Assembly: GCA_051362555.1 (NCBI GenBank)
Contig: CM120642.1
Span: forward strand, 19,468,001 to 19,532,000
Length of the DNA: 64,000 nt
Direction: 5' to 3'
Source: Lingula anatina
Taxonomy: Eukaryota > Animalia > Brachiopoda
Shown here one piece after another: positions 49,547-64,000 of this stretch; positions within the stretch are counted from its first letter, which is position 1; each line of letters starts with the position of its first letter. Below the pieces are notes generated by a model that was given only the letters and a program-made list of their open reading frames with translations, had not been told where the DNA came from and did not search any database. The position numbers and the translations under genes were made by a program.

Positions 49547-50598
49547 TGCGTACTTGATTATAGCGCTGACCTTTACTGAGAAAAGACAATACACTGCAGT
49601 ATGAAATACATTAGTAAAAATACACATAATAAGTACTCCTTAAAGTTACGTCTATTAATAAATTTCACGCCTGAGTTTATTCATTCATTTCATTATTCAT
49701 AGTGTGTTAGCTGTCACTATAAATGAGTATTTTAGAATGTATATCTTAAAATTGAGATAGAACAATTCACTAGTTTACTTTAAACACTAAACATCTAAAA
49801 CAAATATCATTACCTCCGACAAGGAGGTTATGTTTTCATCCCTGTTTGTTTGTTTGTTTGTTTGTTTGTCTGTTTATTTGTTTATTTGTTTGTTTGTTTG
49901 TCTGTCTGTCATCAACATAACTCAAAAGTTATGGACCAATTTTGATGAAATTTTCAGGAACTGTCAGAAGTGGACCAAGGAACAGATGATTAGTTTTTGG
50001 TGATGAACTGGATCAATAATCAACTAATAATCAACAATTTGTTTTTTGTTTGTTTGTTGGTATGTTTGTCTGGCAGGTAACACGTGTGTAACCTTCGACA
50101 TGTTTAGAAAATCCATGGGCATTGATAACTTTCAATTACGTATATGCCACATACATTGCCCATAGAATAACTTTTGATTAAATAATTATTTTTCCACACT
50201 TTTGTTAATACATATCTTATGTGGACCGAGTTTGTGTCATTGGATATTTGGATAAAATCCAAGATAATCGCCATTCGACAGAGGAATACGTAGGTTTCAA
50301 CTACTGCCAAAAGATAGTGTCAGTAAAAAAATGACGTAAAGGTTAGTATATTTTGCCATGTTTTTCATACCCATATTATCCCTATTATTTATATCTGATG
50401 TGTAACAAGTGTGTATCCTTGAGTTTTATGCGAAAAAGAAAGATCGCTCTAATAAGCGATAGGAATACTTGTAAATCAGATTTCAGCTGCTACCAGAGGA
50501 ACATAGAATCGGGTGAAGAATGTGTTCCTCACTGTTATTCACAAACTAATTAATTCTTAAATGAAAATTATCAAACACAAGCCGAAATATTTTCATAC

Positions 50599-50705
50599 CG
50601 CGGAGAAGGCCTTCATCAGACTGATGTGAATAGACAATTACTGACCATTACTGACAATTACTGACCGCTAGGTGATATAGCGGCCAGGACCTTCTTATAA
50701 ATGTC
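50599..50705 (-). promoter_or_regulatory. Putative TATA promoter and non-coding exon 1 of gene B
   Basis: Paralogous to 21928-22020; tttataag and donor GCG|GTATGA are conserved. Confidence 0.4.
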
Positions 50706-50877
50706 AGGTTACTCGACCCCTGTCCCTATTCATGGGTTGCTGGTGACGGCTGATGTTGATGTTTATAAGAACTCAAATAATAAAGTCAACTTTAGAAATT
50801 TCACCGTGACTTGGAGACGCACTATCCTGATATTGTAGATGCATGATCATGACAGATTCCTCGGACACCGCACTATA

Positions 50878-52846
50878 CACTGTAAAAACAGTGCTTAGCA
50901 TTTAAATACATACAACATACGTTAAGCACCTATACGCATTAAGAAATATGTGTAAAAGCTAAGCACGTATAGCTTTTCAAGCATTTCACAGAAGAAAATG
51001 CTAGACACGTTGGCTATGTGCTTAGCTTCACCGGTATATGGATCTATAATAAGTCTATCACAAGGTAAGCACATTGGCGCGTGAGGCTGCTAAACACATG
51101 GAGCTGCTATAGGTGTTGAATTCCTAAACGCGTGGAGCTGCTGAACAATACCCTCTACCAAGACCGCAGTTCTTGGGGGCATTTTTTGCTGAGGCGACAT
51201 CAGATCAAATTGACTATCTATTTATCTAGAGACATATCTGTGAATATCTGTCGCCCTGGTAGAGGGTAGCTGAACAACAAGTTTAGCTTTTCAAGCTTCT
51301 TTCAGAAGAAATAAAAATGTTTAACATTCTTAGAAGTGTCGCACTTTTAGCTATGTGATTAGTTTCACCGGTCCCATAAGTTTATTACAAGGCTCAACAA
51401 TTTGGCTTAACACTTCCCCTTGTAAACGAGTGGAGCTGTTGAAGGCGTGGAGCAGTCTGCTCGAACGCTTTGTGTCCTTCCTTGCAGTAACGCGTGCTTA
51501 TTTAAAATAGGCCTATTAAAGATGCATACAAAGTCAATATTTTGCTCAAAAACCAACCAAATACCAGTATATAGTTTCAAAAAGTATAATTAAGAAAATT
51601 GCCAGAAGGCATTGATTAATATTACCCGAAAAATGAAATTTGAATGGATTTTTCTGTTAGCTTACTATCCTGTATATACATGGGACAGAAAAGTAGGTCA
51701 CATAAGTAGGTTAAATTTCTGACCAAAAATTTAAAGAGCAGTCTTATCTCTTTTATTGATGATCGAGTGATTTATTCAGTTTATCCCTTTATTTGAGTCG
51801 TATAAGAATCTAGTAGAAGTGGTTTATATGTGTTACTGGCAACCCACGCTCCACCGATGCTCGGTTCATATGTACCTTTAAGTAATAATCCAAATAACAA
51901 ATAACGTTTTCACGACGTTATCAGATGGTTACATGCTGGTTATGGTATAGAAGAACATTATGGGAACGTTATGGGTGTTTTAATGATGTACAGTAACGTT
52001 ATAATTTGTAAAAAGATTCGAAGACCGTTTCTACAAAATTTTATGATACATGTAACGTCATTTTGTGGAGTTTTATCAGCGTGTTTATAACATTCTGTAA
52101 AAACATTATATAATGTTTTGAAAATATTTTTTATATAAATAAGCAAAACACGTATTATGCTGTTTGAACTACAGTTACCGGTTAATTCCAAAATGGGCTT
52201 GGGGTTAGTCGGCGATTAGAGAGGTGCGAATTGTAGAATATTCGGACTATCGGTACCGAAATAACCAGCATGTGATGAAAGCTTAAATAAAGTATTATAA
52301 TGAATACCCAACCATCATCCTGATGTTCTATTGTTCATTACTTCCTGAAAAAATAAATAGATATCAATACCGTAACGCATTTTATCAAAATATGGAGAAA
52401 GGTGTTTTAAAGTAAAAATGATAGTTGTTTCGTGCCTTTAGTGAACTAGTGAATTTTCCTATCCTGCTTTTCAGAAATACATTCCAATAAACTTCCTCGC
52501 AAGGTCAGCTAACACAAGGATGAATAAGTTCAGCTGTAAAGATGATAGTGGGAAGTCAACGATGTTGACAGTTCACGGTACCCTGTTATAGAAAGAGATA
52601 ACTATAGCAGTTAAAGGTGACCGTGAGTTCGTCTGTGTCTGTGCGTGCGTGCGTGAGCGCGCGTGTGCGACCAAAATAGTTGAAACCCAAAAGTTAAACA
52701 AATACACCCTACATTTATAAGCCGTCAAACGCGCCATACTGCTAAACACAAGCGTGTAACATGTTAAGGAGCTAAACGCGTCGAAAAAGTGACACAAAAC
52801 AGGCGCTTAGAAATGTGTTTAGGAGCTAAACACTGTTTTTACAGTG
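50878..52846. mobile_element. Non-autonomous CACTG-terminal (EnSpm/CACTA-like) DNA transposon
   Basis: TIR cactgtaaaaacagtg / cactgtttttacagtg with a TA duplication. Empty site cactaTAtgata in unit A (~22190). Confidence 0.85.
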
Positions 52847-53401
52847 TATGATAACTATTAATGCACGCACAATATTCATCATATACTTGTGTTTATACAT
52901 GTATATAGGGGTACATGGTATGCCCAAAAGTAAGATATACAGCTGCACGGCTTGATTGGTGTAGTTAAAACAGGGGAAATCATTACAATTACCTTTGTAC
53001 CCAGCTCTCATTTACATTGAGTTTCATTAAATATGCAATGCATACATAAAACTTAATTTACCTCATCTGTTAGAAACTGTTTGGTCGTTTCCAATTCAAC
53101 ACTTTCAAATATTAAAAATATCGGCGACTACAAACTTAATTTTTGTCCTGAGTTTCCCATCATTAACACTTCCCCCACTCTGCTTAACGCTATATAAAAT
53201 ACGAAATAAGTATTTTGGGAGTTTTTTATTTAACTTACGGTTAGATTACGGTGTTGCAAAAGATCTCGCACCTAGCATCCAGATCAAAGATGCTGAAGCA
53301 CAAATGCTAACTTCACATTTCGTGAGCGCATAGCCCTGGCTGACATACAAGCAAACTCAGCTGTACCTAAGTATTTTGTTACTGCTCATATTATGTTAGT
53401 G

Positions 53402-53449
<48 letters not shown>

Positions 53450-54040
53450 TCTTAAATCCATAATAAAAGCGTTATGTAAACTTCAGAAGATACATGCGAT
53501 AATTAAGTATGTAAGTAAATTGTTAACATTTTATTTATATGAGCTTAACATACTACAGACTTGACATTTTATATGAAATATATCGGTTTCAAAGGTATTT
53601 TTCCCAATCTATTACTAGATATGCAAATGGAGAAGTGTGTCGTCAGGTGTGTCGCTATGAATTAACTTACTACCATGTCTGTTGCACTGCTGCGTTGTGT
53701 AATATGCAGTAATTTAATTGGGTAATGCTCATTTGGGCATTCAAAGAAGTATCCATATGTCCGCAACTACTGCATAGAAGAATTTTAAATTTTGCACGTG
53801 AGTGGTCGGTTTTGCAGTGCGTAAAATGAGCTAAGTAGAGTTTTACAAAATCAGTTTGTGGCGCGAGAAAGACAGACATTGCCAGGCAGATTATTGTGCC
53901 AAACGGGCCGGTCCACACAGTTTTAAAGATTTATCCCCAGACTCCTGTACCAAGACAGAGATTACACCCAATGTATCGAAATCTTAATACCAGGGTACAG
54001 GACTCACTGTCCTTTCAGATATGCTGCTGCAACTAAACAC

Positions 54041-54838
54041 TACCCTAAGTGCCAGAGCAACGTAAAAATTTAGCTTGTAAATATTAAATATACCTTGGAG
54101 TCATTTTTACTAGCTCTGAGGTACAGCGGCCATGTAAGGCTTCCGTCAATCAAATAGAATTGCTCCGCAGTGAATCTGCAGTTGAATGTCACCAGACCAA
54201 AATGAAACGTAAAACAAATTTAATTCTGCTTTATTTAATTTTATTTGCTGTATTTAAGATGTAAAGTGAAAAAATAAATAATATTCTTCGAAAAGAAAAG
54301 ATATATCCAATGTTTTTGTATTTTTTGCTTATCAAAGAACATTTAGTCCTGAGATATACACGTGCACAATACACGTGCTTGCCGTGTGCCAAATTTGACA
54401 GCTACACTGTATGCCCGATACCACTATAAGGGCTGCGCAATGGCTACACCAAAAACAGTTTTTACAGCAGAATGTTGCTTGTATTGTGGCACTGACCTTC
54501 GACTGCAAAATATTTTCAATTCAAACTTCTAATTCCGGGTCAGGCACTATAATTGCTTCTTGTCTCGTCTGCACGAGATAACTTCAGTGCAAGGCGGGAA
54601 AGGCAGCTCCAGGCGGCCAAACCTGTGACGTACGAGACTTATGACTTCCAAATATGGATCCAGGCGGACACAACTGTGGCGTGTGACTTCCAAATATGGA
54701 AGCGCCCCAGGCAGAATTTTGAAGAAGAACGTCCCCGAGTTGCCGCTGTTCGCTAGAGCCTGGTATTGCCGGGTATTATATGGGTTATATATGAAATCAA
54801 GATCGAGCTGGCAATACCGGAATCTAGAACCTAGGGTA
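54041..54838. mobile_element. Non-autonomous DNA transposon with an 8-bp TSD (hAT/P-like)
   Basis: Termini tacccta / tagggta, TSD ctaaacac on both sides, single copy at the empty site ~28004. Confidence 0.85.
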
Positions 54839-55705
54839 CTAAACACAAACCATCCATACCGTTCAGTACGAGGGAGAAATTGCCACTAGAACGCGTTTTT
54901 CAAGGACCTTTTCGAACACCAGACTGGTTTTAGCAGACGACCTCTAGGGAAACCACTGTTAACAGCAAAACTTCGTCTTCTGTTTCTGTAATGAATTGGA
55001 GACCATAACCGTTTCTGGGTAGAACACTAAAACCCCGTGGCTTTCTTTATTGAGGTCAGATTACACATATACCGCTCAGTCTGAGAACCACTTGACTATC
55101 ATTTAATAGGGGGCACCAACAATTTTAGGTTGCACGATAAGATTGCCGGTTCACACCGAGTAATTTTAATAGCAGATAACTTCTTGAACCAAGGGAATAA
55201 GCAGCTACCTTAGTCAAGTCATCAAAATCGTTATATTTGAAGAGCATTGGCAATATGTGGGTAGTTATTACTCGCCGAATCAACGGCCTTCATGTACTAC
55301 AATAACACTGGACCAAATTGGACACGTTTTGAAAGATGTCTGGTATGTTATTCCAGATGAAACTCTAACAATCTATCCCAAGGAATGCCTTGATGCTTTA
55401 GAGCCCTGGTAGCAGCAAGATGAGGTCCGGCGTAACAACGACCAATGCTGTGACTAGACACTGACATCAGGGTCCTTTGTGGGGCGTCACACTTATTCGG
55501 AATCAGCAGGAATCAAGCAGAACCAGCCGGGAGGAAGAATTTTCAAAGTTCGTACTACATTCGGGAAGAATTTTCAAATTGACTTAAATTCTTGTAAGAA
55601 TGCCGTTGGAATATTCAGAATGCGCTTGAATCCGCCTGGAATGATTCGTGCACACTTCGACTGTATTAGCTCTCGAGTGTAGTTGAAAAAGTAGGAATAT
55701 CGATA

Positions 55706-57497
55706 AAAAAAATAATAATAATTTATTTTTCTATGGCGCATTCCATTAAAAATATCAATGCGCCTTACAACATTCACTTAAAAGAGCTAAATATCACAAT
55801 ACTAGTATAAGAACACATTACAATTTTAAAGGACTAAGAACTAATTTAAAGAACCAATTATTTCATATTCTAAAATGATAAGAAAGTAAAGTGACAACAT
55901 TTAAAATTAATCATAAAATTACAGTACACCTTATTAAAAACTAAAATTAACTATATGATAGTTACTGATAAGCTATTCTAAAAATATGAGTATGAGTCTT
56001 CAAAAGCTTTTTAAAAGTATCTATGTCACCTGCTGCTCGTATTTCAGAGGGTAAGGTGTTCCAAACTTCGGGTGCATATAACATAAATGCCCTTTCACCG
56101 TAAAATTTACCAGCTTTTTTCTCTAAGACACTGTGTTCTAAAAGTAAATGACTAAAAATTGAAGACCTGGTAACTCTTCCATGCTGATGTTGCTTCATAA
56201 GTTCTGAGATAAAGTGGTTTATTCTCAGTGACTGCTTTAAAAATGACACACACAATTTTAAATAAAATTCTCTCTCTTAATGGAAGCCAGTGAAGTTTGT
56301 TCAGATGATTTTTGCTTCAACCATATAAGAGACTGTTGCAATAATCAAGCTTAGAAGTAATGAAAGCATGGACTAGTTTTTCAGTTGAAGTTTTGTCCAG
56401 TAAGTCACGTATCTTACTAATTCGCCAAAGTGAGTATGATGCCGATTTGCAAATTTCAGAGATCCGTCTATCCTTAGTTGCATACTGATCAAAGGTGACA
56501 CCTAAGTCTTTCACATAGCTAGATGGATTGATGTTGACACCACCGATACAAATATCAGATTTCATTGTATTTCCACTGTCTGGCTTAGACCTTGATGTAA
56601 ACCATATTAGTTCAGTTTTTCCATCATTTAGTGCTAGCATATTTGTTTTCATCCAATTCCGGATCTCAGCTAGACAAGTTTCTATTGAGGTGATAGCCAT
56701 GGAGCGATTACTTTCACTTTTGACATAAATTTGAGTGTCATCAGCAAAAATGACAGTGTTGAGACCATGTTTAACTATAATGTCTTCTATTGGTAGCATA
56801 TACAATGAGAAGAGCAATGGACCTAGCACAGACCCCTGAGGGACACCATACTCTAAAATAGTGGGTTCTGATAGCAACGACTCAATTGACACCTTTTGTG
56901 TTCGATCTTTTAGATATGAGGTTAACCAATTAAGTGCTAAATCATTTACTCCAAATCGGTACTGTAGTCTGTGCAGAAGTATGTTGTGGTCAATGGTGTC
57001 GAATGCAGCAGACAGATCTAAAAGGATTAAATAACATCTTTTTGTCTGTCCAAGGAATGCATGATGTCATTATGAACCCTTATAGGAGAGCTGTTTCTGT
57101 GCTTTGTCCTTCTCTATAAGTTGATTGAAACCTGCCATATAGACTGTTATGAGCTAGATAGTTATTCAGTTGTATACATGCCATTTTCTCAAGAAACTTC
57201 CCTAAGAAGGGCAAGTTTGATATTGGTCCATAATTTTTAAACACTTGTTTGCACAGGCCTTGTTTTTCTAACAAGGGTCTAACAATTGCTGTTTTGCAGT
57301 TGGATGGGAAGATGCCTGTTGTAAAAGAGAGATTCACTATCTTTAAAATAATTGGGGCCAGAACAGTAATGCACTCTTTGATAATATGTGTTGGCACAGG
57401 ATCTAAGGCAGAAGATTTAGAATTCATGCTTTTCAATAATGCTAAAACATCTTCTTCTGATACAGGTGAAAATTCAGTCAATACTGCATGAGTACAG
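55706..57497 (-). mobile_element. 5'-truncated L2/Crack-clade LINE (RT pseudogene)
   Basis: YGPISNLPFLGKFLEK, QSTETALL, YGVPQGSVLGPLLFSLY, FADDTQIY, KLDYCNSLLYG, APEVWNTLP, FKKLLKTH. Absent from unit A (site ~28999). Confidence 0.92.
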
Positions 57498-58579
57498 GTA
57501 ATGATGTCAGATTGAAATCAGCATATTTAGAATACACTTCTAACACCGTACGAGTGTAGTTTGATTGCTGCCTGAAATGGGATTTCGGCAGCCATTGAGA
57601 TGCATTCGAGTTGCATTCCCGCTCACTCTAGTAGGATTTGAAGTGACTTGCCATTTCGGTTCTCCCTCGAACGAGATCAGAATGTTTCGAACGCTGTCGG
57701 AATGCCCTAAGAATATTTAGAATGCACTCATAGTGCAGTTAGAATACACTTACAGTAGAATGCCATTCGATATTTGTCCACTTGGAATACACTTCGATGT
57801 TTTGAGCCTGAGAAAAACATTCGGGCCGGCGACAAGAATGGTTAAAATATTTGGAATGCACTCAGAAATTTTAGAATGCTCTTTAAATGTCCAGGAACGT
57901 ACAAACCATTGCTCATTCCGCCACTAGTGTGACGGGGCCTTTACAGACGATAACTTGGAAAATATGGAGATCCATATATCGCTTTTAATGGTTGTCTAAA
58001 GACTCAAGAATAGGCAATGTATTTTTTTTCATCGGCGAATTCAATTAATAAACTGACGTCACAATGACATCAAGGAGATAATTAAATGTTATTTAAACAC
58101 GATTTTAATCCTTATCATCATTTATCAGTCAGCGAAATAGTGAAAAACTGACTGACTGAAAAACTAGAGATAAATATTCCATATTAAATGTCAAGTCTGT
58201 AGTTAAACATCAAAATAAACGATAAATAGTACCAAGCTATAAATAAAATTAATGTCCAGTTAATTCGTTTATAAGTGTTAAACAATAAAAGTTTTTTACT
58301 TAAATTTGCCGGGAGTCTAACTGATTTTCAAGTGTTTTTACGACCACGAATTTGCAGAGTGAAGTTTCCATGCCATGGGATTTTGATTTGGCGTACATGA
58401 CATCAATATATGCTATTAGATCAAGTGATATCATGTTACGATTCTGAGTATATATTAGATTAATGGCGCTTATCAATAAAACATTGCATGCATAAATATT
58501 AAGATTTCAGATCAAGTATGTGTAATGTTTTCCCCGGTTATGCGGGTTAAGAGACGCTCTGAAGTAAGTTAACATATAT

Positions 58580-61500
58580 ATCTTTATTCTGTTTTACTTT
58601 CTTTATTCTAATCAATGCATTTTTTACTCAAAAAATGGTAAACTGATTAAACGTTTTACATAACATTTCAGGTGTGTCATCTGAATTGTGATGATCTAAA
58701 CAGAATATATATTAGAAAAAAATAATGGAAAAAACCTTCACCACCAGAATTTTATTTCTTTTTTAGGCTGTACCAATTATTCGACTGGAAAATGGGTACA
58801 TGTAGCTAGATAAATAAACAGGGAATCATTTGTGATCCTTTCAAGTGAGTTTAGCTGATTGAAAAACATTTTCATTTTACAAGTATGGCCTGTATCTTGG
58901 TTTCATAATTCTAATTATTGACAGTTTTAGAAAGACCTACAGATAACGTTCGGAACTCTTACCTGTGTTTGGGCCAGAGTTCTTTGCCGTCTTGAAGAGG
59001 GATCACTGCAAATTCTACCTTGGTCCAGTTGTTTCCCTTGAATGCTTTCCTTCCACTGGTCGAAAACACCCTGCATTTATATTTAGACCCAAAGATCTAT
59101 CCCATAATGATAAAACATTCTAAGGGCCAACCAATGCAATGCATGTCAAATGTTGCCATGCGTGTTGTTTTTATGAGATGTGGTTGATTTCCTTTTAATG
59201 TCATTATGGTTATCAATAATTTGTTTTTCGTTCCACAGTGTTAATTAGATCACGGAGGGCCTATATAACATTTTGACCTTATTCAGTTAGAAATGTGTGT
59301 TTTCAGGTGTGCACGCTTTCTTATTGAGAATCAGTCATGAGGCGACATTTAGATAACACATGTCACCCTCCCCCCCCCCCCCCCCCCCCAAAAAAAAAAA
59401 AAAAATTGTAACTGCATTTTGGACTGTATGATGTTTAAGAAGAGTACAAATAAAATGTTTGCTTTCCAGAGATAAAATACTAACCATAATTATACCGGTA
59501 TATTTTACAACATATTTCTACCGGGTGCGGTCGTTATCGACCCTTTGGCATTATTTATCAAATAATGATATTTTGGTAGTTATACAACAGTAACTTTTCG
59601 GTACATCAAATGAACACTTCATTACGCATTTTTTGTGGAAAACTATGTACAATACTTTTCTTTGCCTATCTGGGCAGTTTTAGAACACAGCGTTTTTTTA
59701 TAGTAAGTCCTAATATTCCAGTTCGCGTATCTCATCGAGGAAACGTATTTCTTCCTAAAAAGATTTGTATTTTACCTCCAATATACACATCTGTGTGCCA
59801 TATATTGATATAATTTCCCATCACCTGAACCCAAAAGGTACCTGGAGAGGTACGTAGAAACTTCATTATTTTGTCAGGGGAGAAGAGGCAAGTTGAAGCA
59901 CTGAGTCATAGATAGTGCTGCACTAAACAAAACAGGAGGTAGGAAGCGGTATAGTTAGAGATCAGGCCGGTAACGATGAGGTATAAAGGCTCGAGCAAGG
60001 TGGAGGAGGAAGTGGTGGTGTGGCAGAGGGGCTTGGAAAGGAGGCGCTTTTAAATTGTCCGGTTTTAAAAATAATAAAGTAAATTAAACTGTATGATGAC
60101 GTCGATTTCGATTTTTGTTTAAAGGTCGCAATTTTTTGGACAATAATATTTTTTAAAAATTTTAATAGCTTAAATGTTGATACAAAATATGTTTCTCTTT
60201 GGTCATTTGGTTTTAACTCTTTATCTATCTTCCAAAGGATGTAAAGGATCCAAAGGATGTAAAGGTACTTGACTTAACATAATAATAAAAAGAAAGTTAT
60301 CAATATGTCAGGTCAGATATTATCTGCAAAATGTAAAATGCTATCTTGGTCCAATCGTTTTCATTTTCCTACTTGGTTCAAAGTCGAAAACTCTGCATGT
60401 CACTTAGACTCAAACATCTATCCCATAATGACAAATCAGTTACACTGACCAACCATTGTAATGCATGTCAAATTGAGGATGCTTTGGTATACGTGTCACA
60501 CCTTAGAGATTGGTTTTTCATGATGTGGCTTTATTTCTTTTCAGATGTCTTTTTGTTTATCAGTAATTAATTTTTGTCATTATTCACCGATAGTTAAATC
60601 AAGTAAGAACCTACCTATATAACATGTGATTTTGATCTCGTTAAATTCAAAGTATGTGTGTGTGTGTGTGTGTGTGTCGGCGCATGTTTGTTCAAATACT
60701 GCAGTGAGCCAACATTAATTTAGATAAAACATGTCCTCTCAAACATTGTTATTTCTATGAGCTGCGGTTTTGGGCTATGCTTTTTGAGAAGAGTACCAAT
60801 AAACTATTTGCATACTAAACATGAAAACTTAATTTAAACTTCAGAGATCATCCACCTTTTATTTCAATCATAGGTAAAGTTCACTCGAAGGAATCGAATT
60901 TAATGTGTTCAAATATCTATTCAAAAGACAATTAGAAAAAGGACAGGAGTAGATTTATAGGTGCCTCCTCTTCTCCCATTCTCAAGACTGACAAAGTTGC
61001 AAAGTCAGTTCCCCCATTTCAGATAATTAAAATAAATATTGCAATCTAAATACATACTTGTGGACTTCCTTGACAAGGCCATAATTGAAATCAAACAACT
61101 CTTATTGTTATTTCAAATGTAACACATTTTGGACTTTGCTTCCTTTTAGTTTAAATTGTATTTCATTCCCTTAGACCGCAGTTATTTTGACCAATATACA
61201 TTTACTAGCTTTCGTGGCAACAACTCATCTGCATGAATATACGTGTACATGTGTACGCCTATCCGCTTATAGATATGCGTGGCTAAAAACGTGCTTGATT
61301 TTATACCAGTGTACTTTTCAATTTATAATGACGTTTCACCAATTTGCAATGCAAAAGAACTCTTTTTGAGTTTGAATATACTTCAGGCAATTGATTGGTG
61401 ATATCTGAAATACCTGCTTTTATTTGATACATATTTCATCAAATGCCAAACATCTAATGCTACTACCATGGTTTTACGTGTTTACCAAGTTTGATTTCGA

Positions 61501-61710
61501 TTAGCAAAAAAGTTAAAGTCCATTTTGGTCCAATCGCTTTTATTTTCTTCCACCAGCACCTTCGAGAACATCCTGCATTTCTATTTAGACATAAATATCT
61601 ATCCCATAATAATAAAACAGCTACACCGGCTAATCCTTGCAATGAATATCCAATCCAGGACGCTTTGGCATACGTGCTACACCTTATGGTTTGGTTTTAT
61701 TTTCTTTCTT

Positions 61711-61758
<48 letters not shown>

Positions 61759-63900
61759 ACAATTCTTTGGTGGTAGTTTGATAACGCAGGGACCTACCTT
61801 ACAGTTGATTTTGATCTCGTTAAATTCAAAAAGTGCATTATTCCAGAAGTATACCAATTTGGACTTTATTTAAAAATTTATTTTATTTCCTTACACTGAA
61901 GTCACTTTTTATCAGTATACATTTATTAGCTTTTGTGACAACATCTTATTTACAAGTATATAGGTCTTTCTACTACTAGATATGTGTGGTTTGATTTTAT
62001 ACAAGTGTACACTGTACATATTATTTTCAAGAACGTTTCATTTCAATTTTAATGCAAAATCGCTTTTTTCGAGTTTGAATATGCTCCAGGCATTAGATTG
62101 GTGATGTCTGAATTATCGACTACCATTTCATACGGTTTTCGTCATGTCAGACATTTAAAGCTGAGGGTCCTTTGTTTCTTTTGAGGTACGTCTACGCGCA
62201 GCAACAAGTACCCTTAGCATTTGCTTAAAATTTCAAGTAAAAGAAACAAGAAAAATCATTCCAAAGCATATAAGGGTACTTAACTAAACATATTACAAAC
62301 AAAATCCTGAATGTTTTCAATGGTAAGGAATCTGTGATATGATGGTTAGCTGTCTTTCTCAAAAAAGTTTAATTCTATCTAGTCAAATCGTTTTCATTCT
62401 CTCCCATTGGTTCGAAGTCGAAAACTCCCTGTATTTTATTAAGACTTAAAGCTCTCTTCCATAATAATCCAACAGTCACACTTGCCAATCTTCGCAATGT
62501 GTGTCAAGTCAAGGACGCTTTGGCAGACGTGTTACACCTTTGAGATTGCTTTTTCGTGATGTTGCTTTATTTCCTTTCACATGTCTTTATGTTTACCACT
62601 AATTCGGTTGTCGTCATTATATAGTGATAGTTAGATCACGAAGGGGCCTATATAACAGGTGATTTTCAACTCGTTATATTCAAAATGTGTGTGTGTGTGT
62701 GTGTGTGTGTGTGGGCGTTACAGAATCATAATCGATCCGTAGGCATTCGTATGTATTCTTAACTCATTTGGGGATTCGTGAATCCCTGGATTGACCACGA
62801 ATCAGCTACCAATCAGTCACGAATCCCACGAATATTTGCTTAAGTTTGGACATAGGGGAAATACCACGAAATATCAAGAATAGTCCAGAAATCACTTTTA
62901 TTCGTACCCAACTCATGCATGCATTCGGCATATGCTTAACTGATTCCTTATTGATTCGTAACGTTCGTGCAGTATTCATAATAGATTCTCATAAATCGTG
63001 GTGAATTCTTGACAATTCTAGCCGAATCCCACGAATATTCGTAACACCATCGCTCCTGTTCCGTAACTGAATTGTAGAGTGTATCGAATTAGGCCAGAAA
63101 ATTTGCAAATTCCCACGAATTCTGAAATTTGTCAATTCCTGGCGGTTCGTGGGATTTGTGGTCTGTGTGAAATAGGGGCAGTAGTATTTGCTTAAAATGT
63201 CTTTTATGGTTAGAGATGTATAATATGATAGTCAGTTATCTTCTTCAAAAAGTTAAATTCAATCTTAGTCTAATCGTTTTCATTCTCTTCTATTCATTCA
63301 AAGTCTGCATTTTAATAAGACTTAAAACTCTCTTCCATAATAATCAAACAGTCACACTGGCCAACCCTTGCAAAGCATGTCAAATTACGGACACCATGAC
63401 ATACGTGCTACACCTTATGTTTTGATTGTTCGACGTTTGGCTTTATTTCCTTTCAGACGTCTTTGTGTTTATCTGTAATTTCTTTTTCACCATTTTTAGT
63501 GATAGATAAATCTCTTTGTATAGCAGGTGGTTTTGATCTAGTCAAATTCGAAATGTGTGTTTATGTGTGTGCGCACGTGTTTTCTCAAAATCTGCCATGA
63601 GCCATCATTGATTTATACATGTCCTCTGAAACAGTATTATTTCTATAAGCTGCGTTTTTGGACCAAGGTGTTTGAAAGGAGTACCCCTGGTGTCAACTTC
63701 AATGTCCACCCTATTTCAATACCCCCTGTACCTAATAAAGTTATCTGAATAGCTAGCCTTGCGGCAACAACTCACTATCCCTTGTGGCAGCAATTAAGCT
63801 ATATATGTAATAATAAATGTATGTTCGGTTTTATACGAGTGTCCATATTTTTTTCAAGAAAACGGTTGAACACTCGTTATGTCATTTTTTATTTATTTAT
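58580..63900. repeat. Degenerate repeat block of unit B
   Basis: Core recurs near 59100, 60420, 61600, 62460 and 63340. Confidence 0.85.
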
Positions 63901-64000
63901 TTTTATTTATTTATTTATTTTTATTTTTATTTTTATTATTATTATTATTATTTTATTTTATTTATTTATTTATTTTTTTTTTTTTTTTTTTTTTTTTTTT

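Larger units (their letters stand above)
43320..64000. repeat. Segmental duplication unit B
   Basis: Colinear with unit A. Confidence 0.92.

Noticed and set aside
62716-63180. MITE-like insert with cccacgaat repeats
   Set aside because: Only one plausible terminus is visible and no TSD, so it could not be classified.

Overview
AT-rich, intron-containing animal (invertebrate-type) genomic DNA; the species cannot be determined from the sequence. The window is a tandem segmental-duplication array (period ~27-31 kb). Each unit carries a minus-strand gene with three coding exons for a ~604-aa secreted, Cys-rich protein with a somatomedin-B (SMB)-like motif and a C-terminal GPI-type hydrophobic tail. 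Intact copies lie at 17586-20871 and 46193-49546, and a truncated pseudocopy at ~5985-6340. Units are separated by blocks of a degenerate ~0.5-0.9 kb repeat. Comparing the duplicates gives filled and empty sites for many mobile elements: Ginger1-like, PIF/Harbinger MITE, CACTG EnSpm-like, 8-bp-TSD, Helentron-type, RTE, L2 and a chromodomain Gypsy remnant. A Tc1 element and a THAP transposase remnant lie outside the duplicated pair. The most unusual item is a GC-richer foreign block (732-5985). In it, a non-histone, intronless ~176-aa ORF ends in a canonical replication-dependent-histone 3' stem-loop plus a purine-rich HDE-like element, and three such stem-loops occur in the block. All family calls come from motif recognition by eye; no database search was run.
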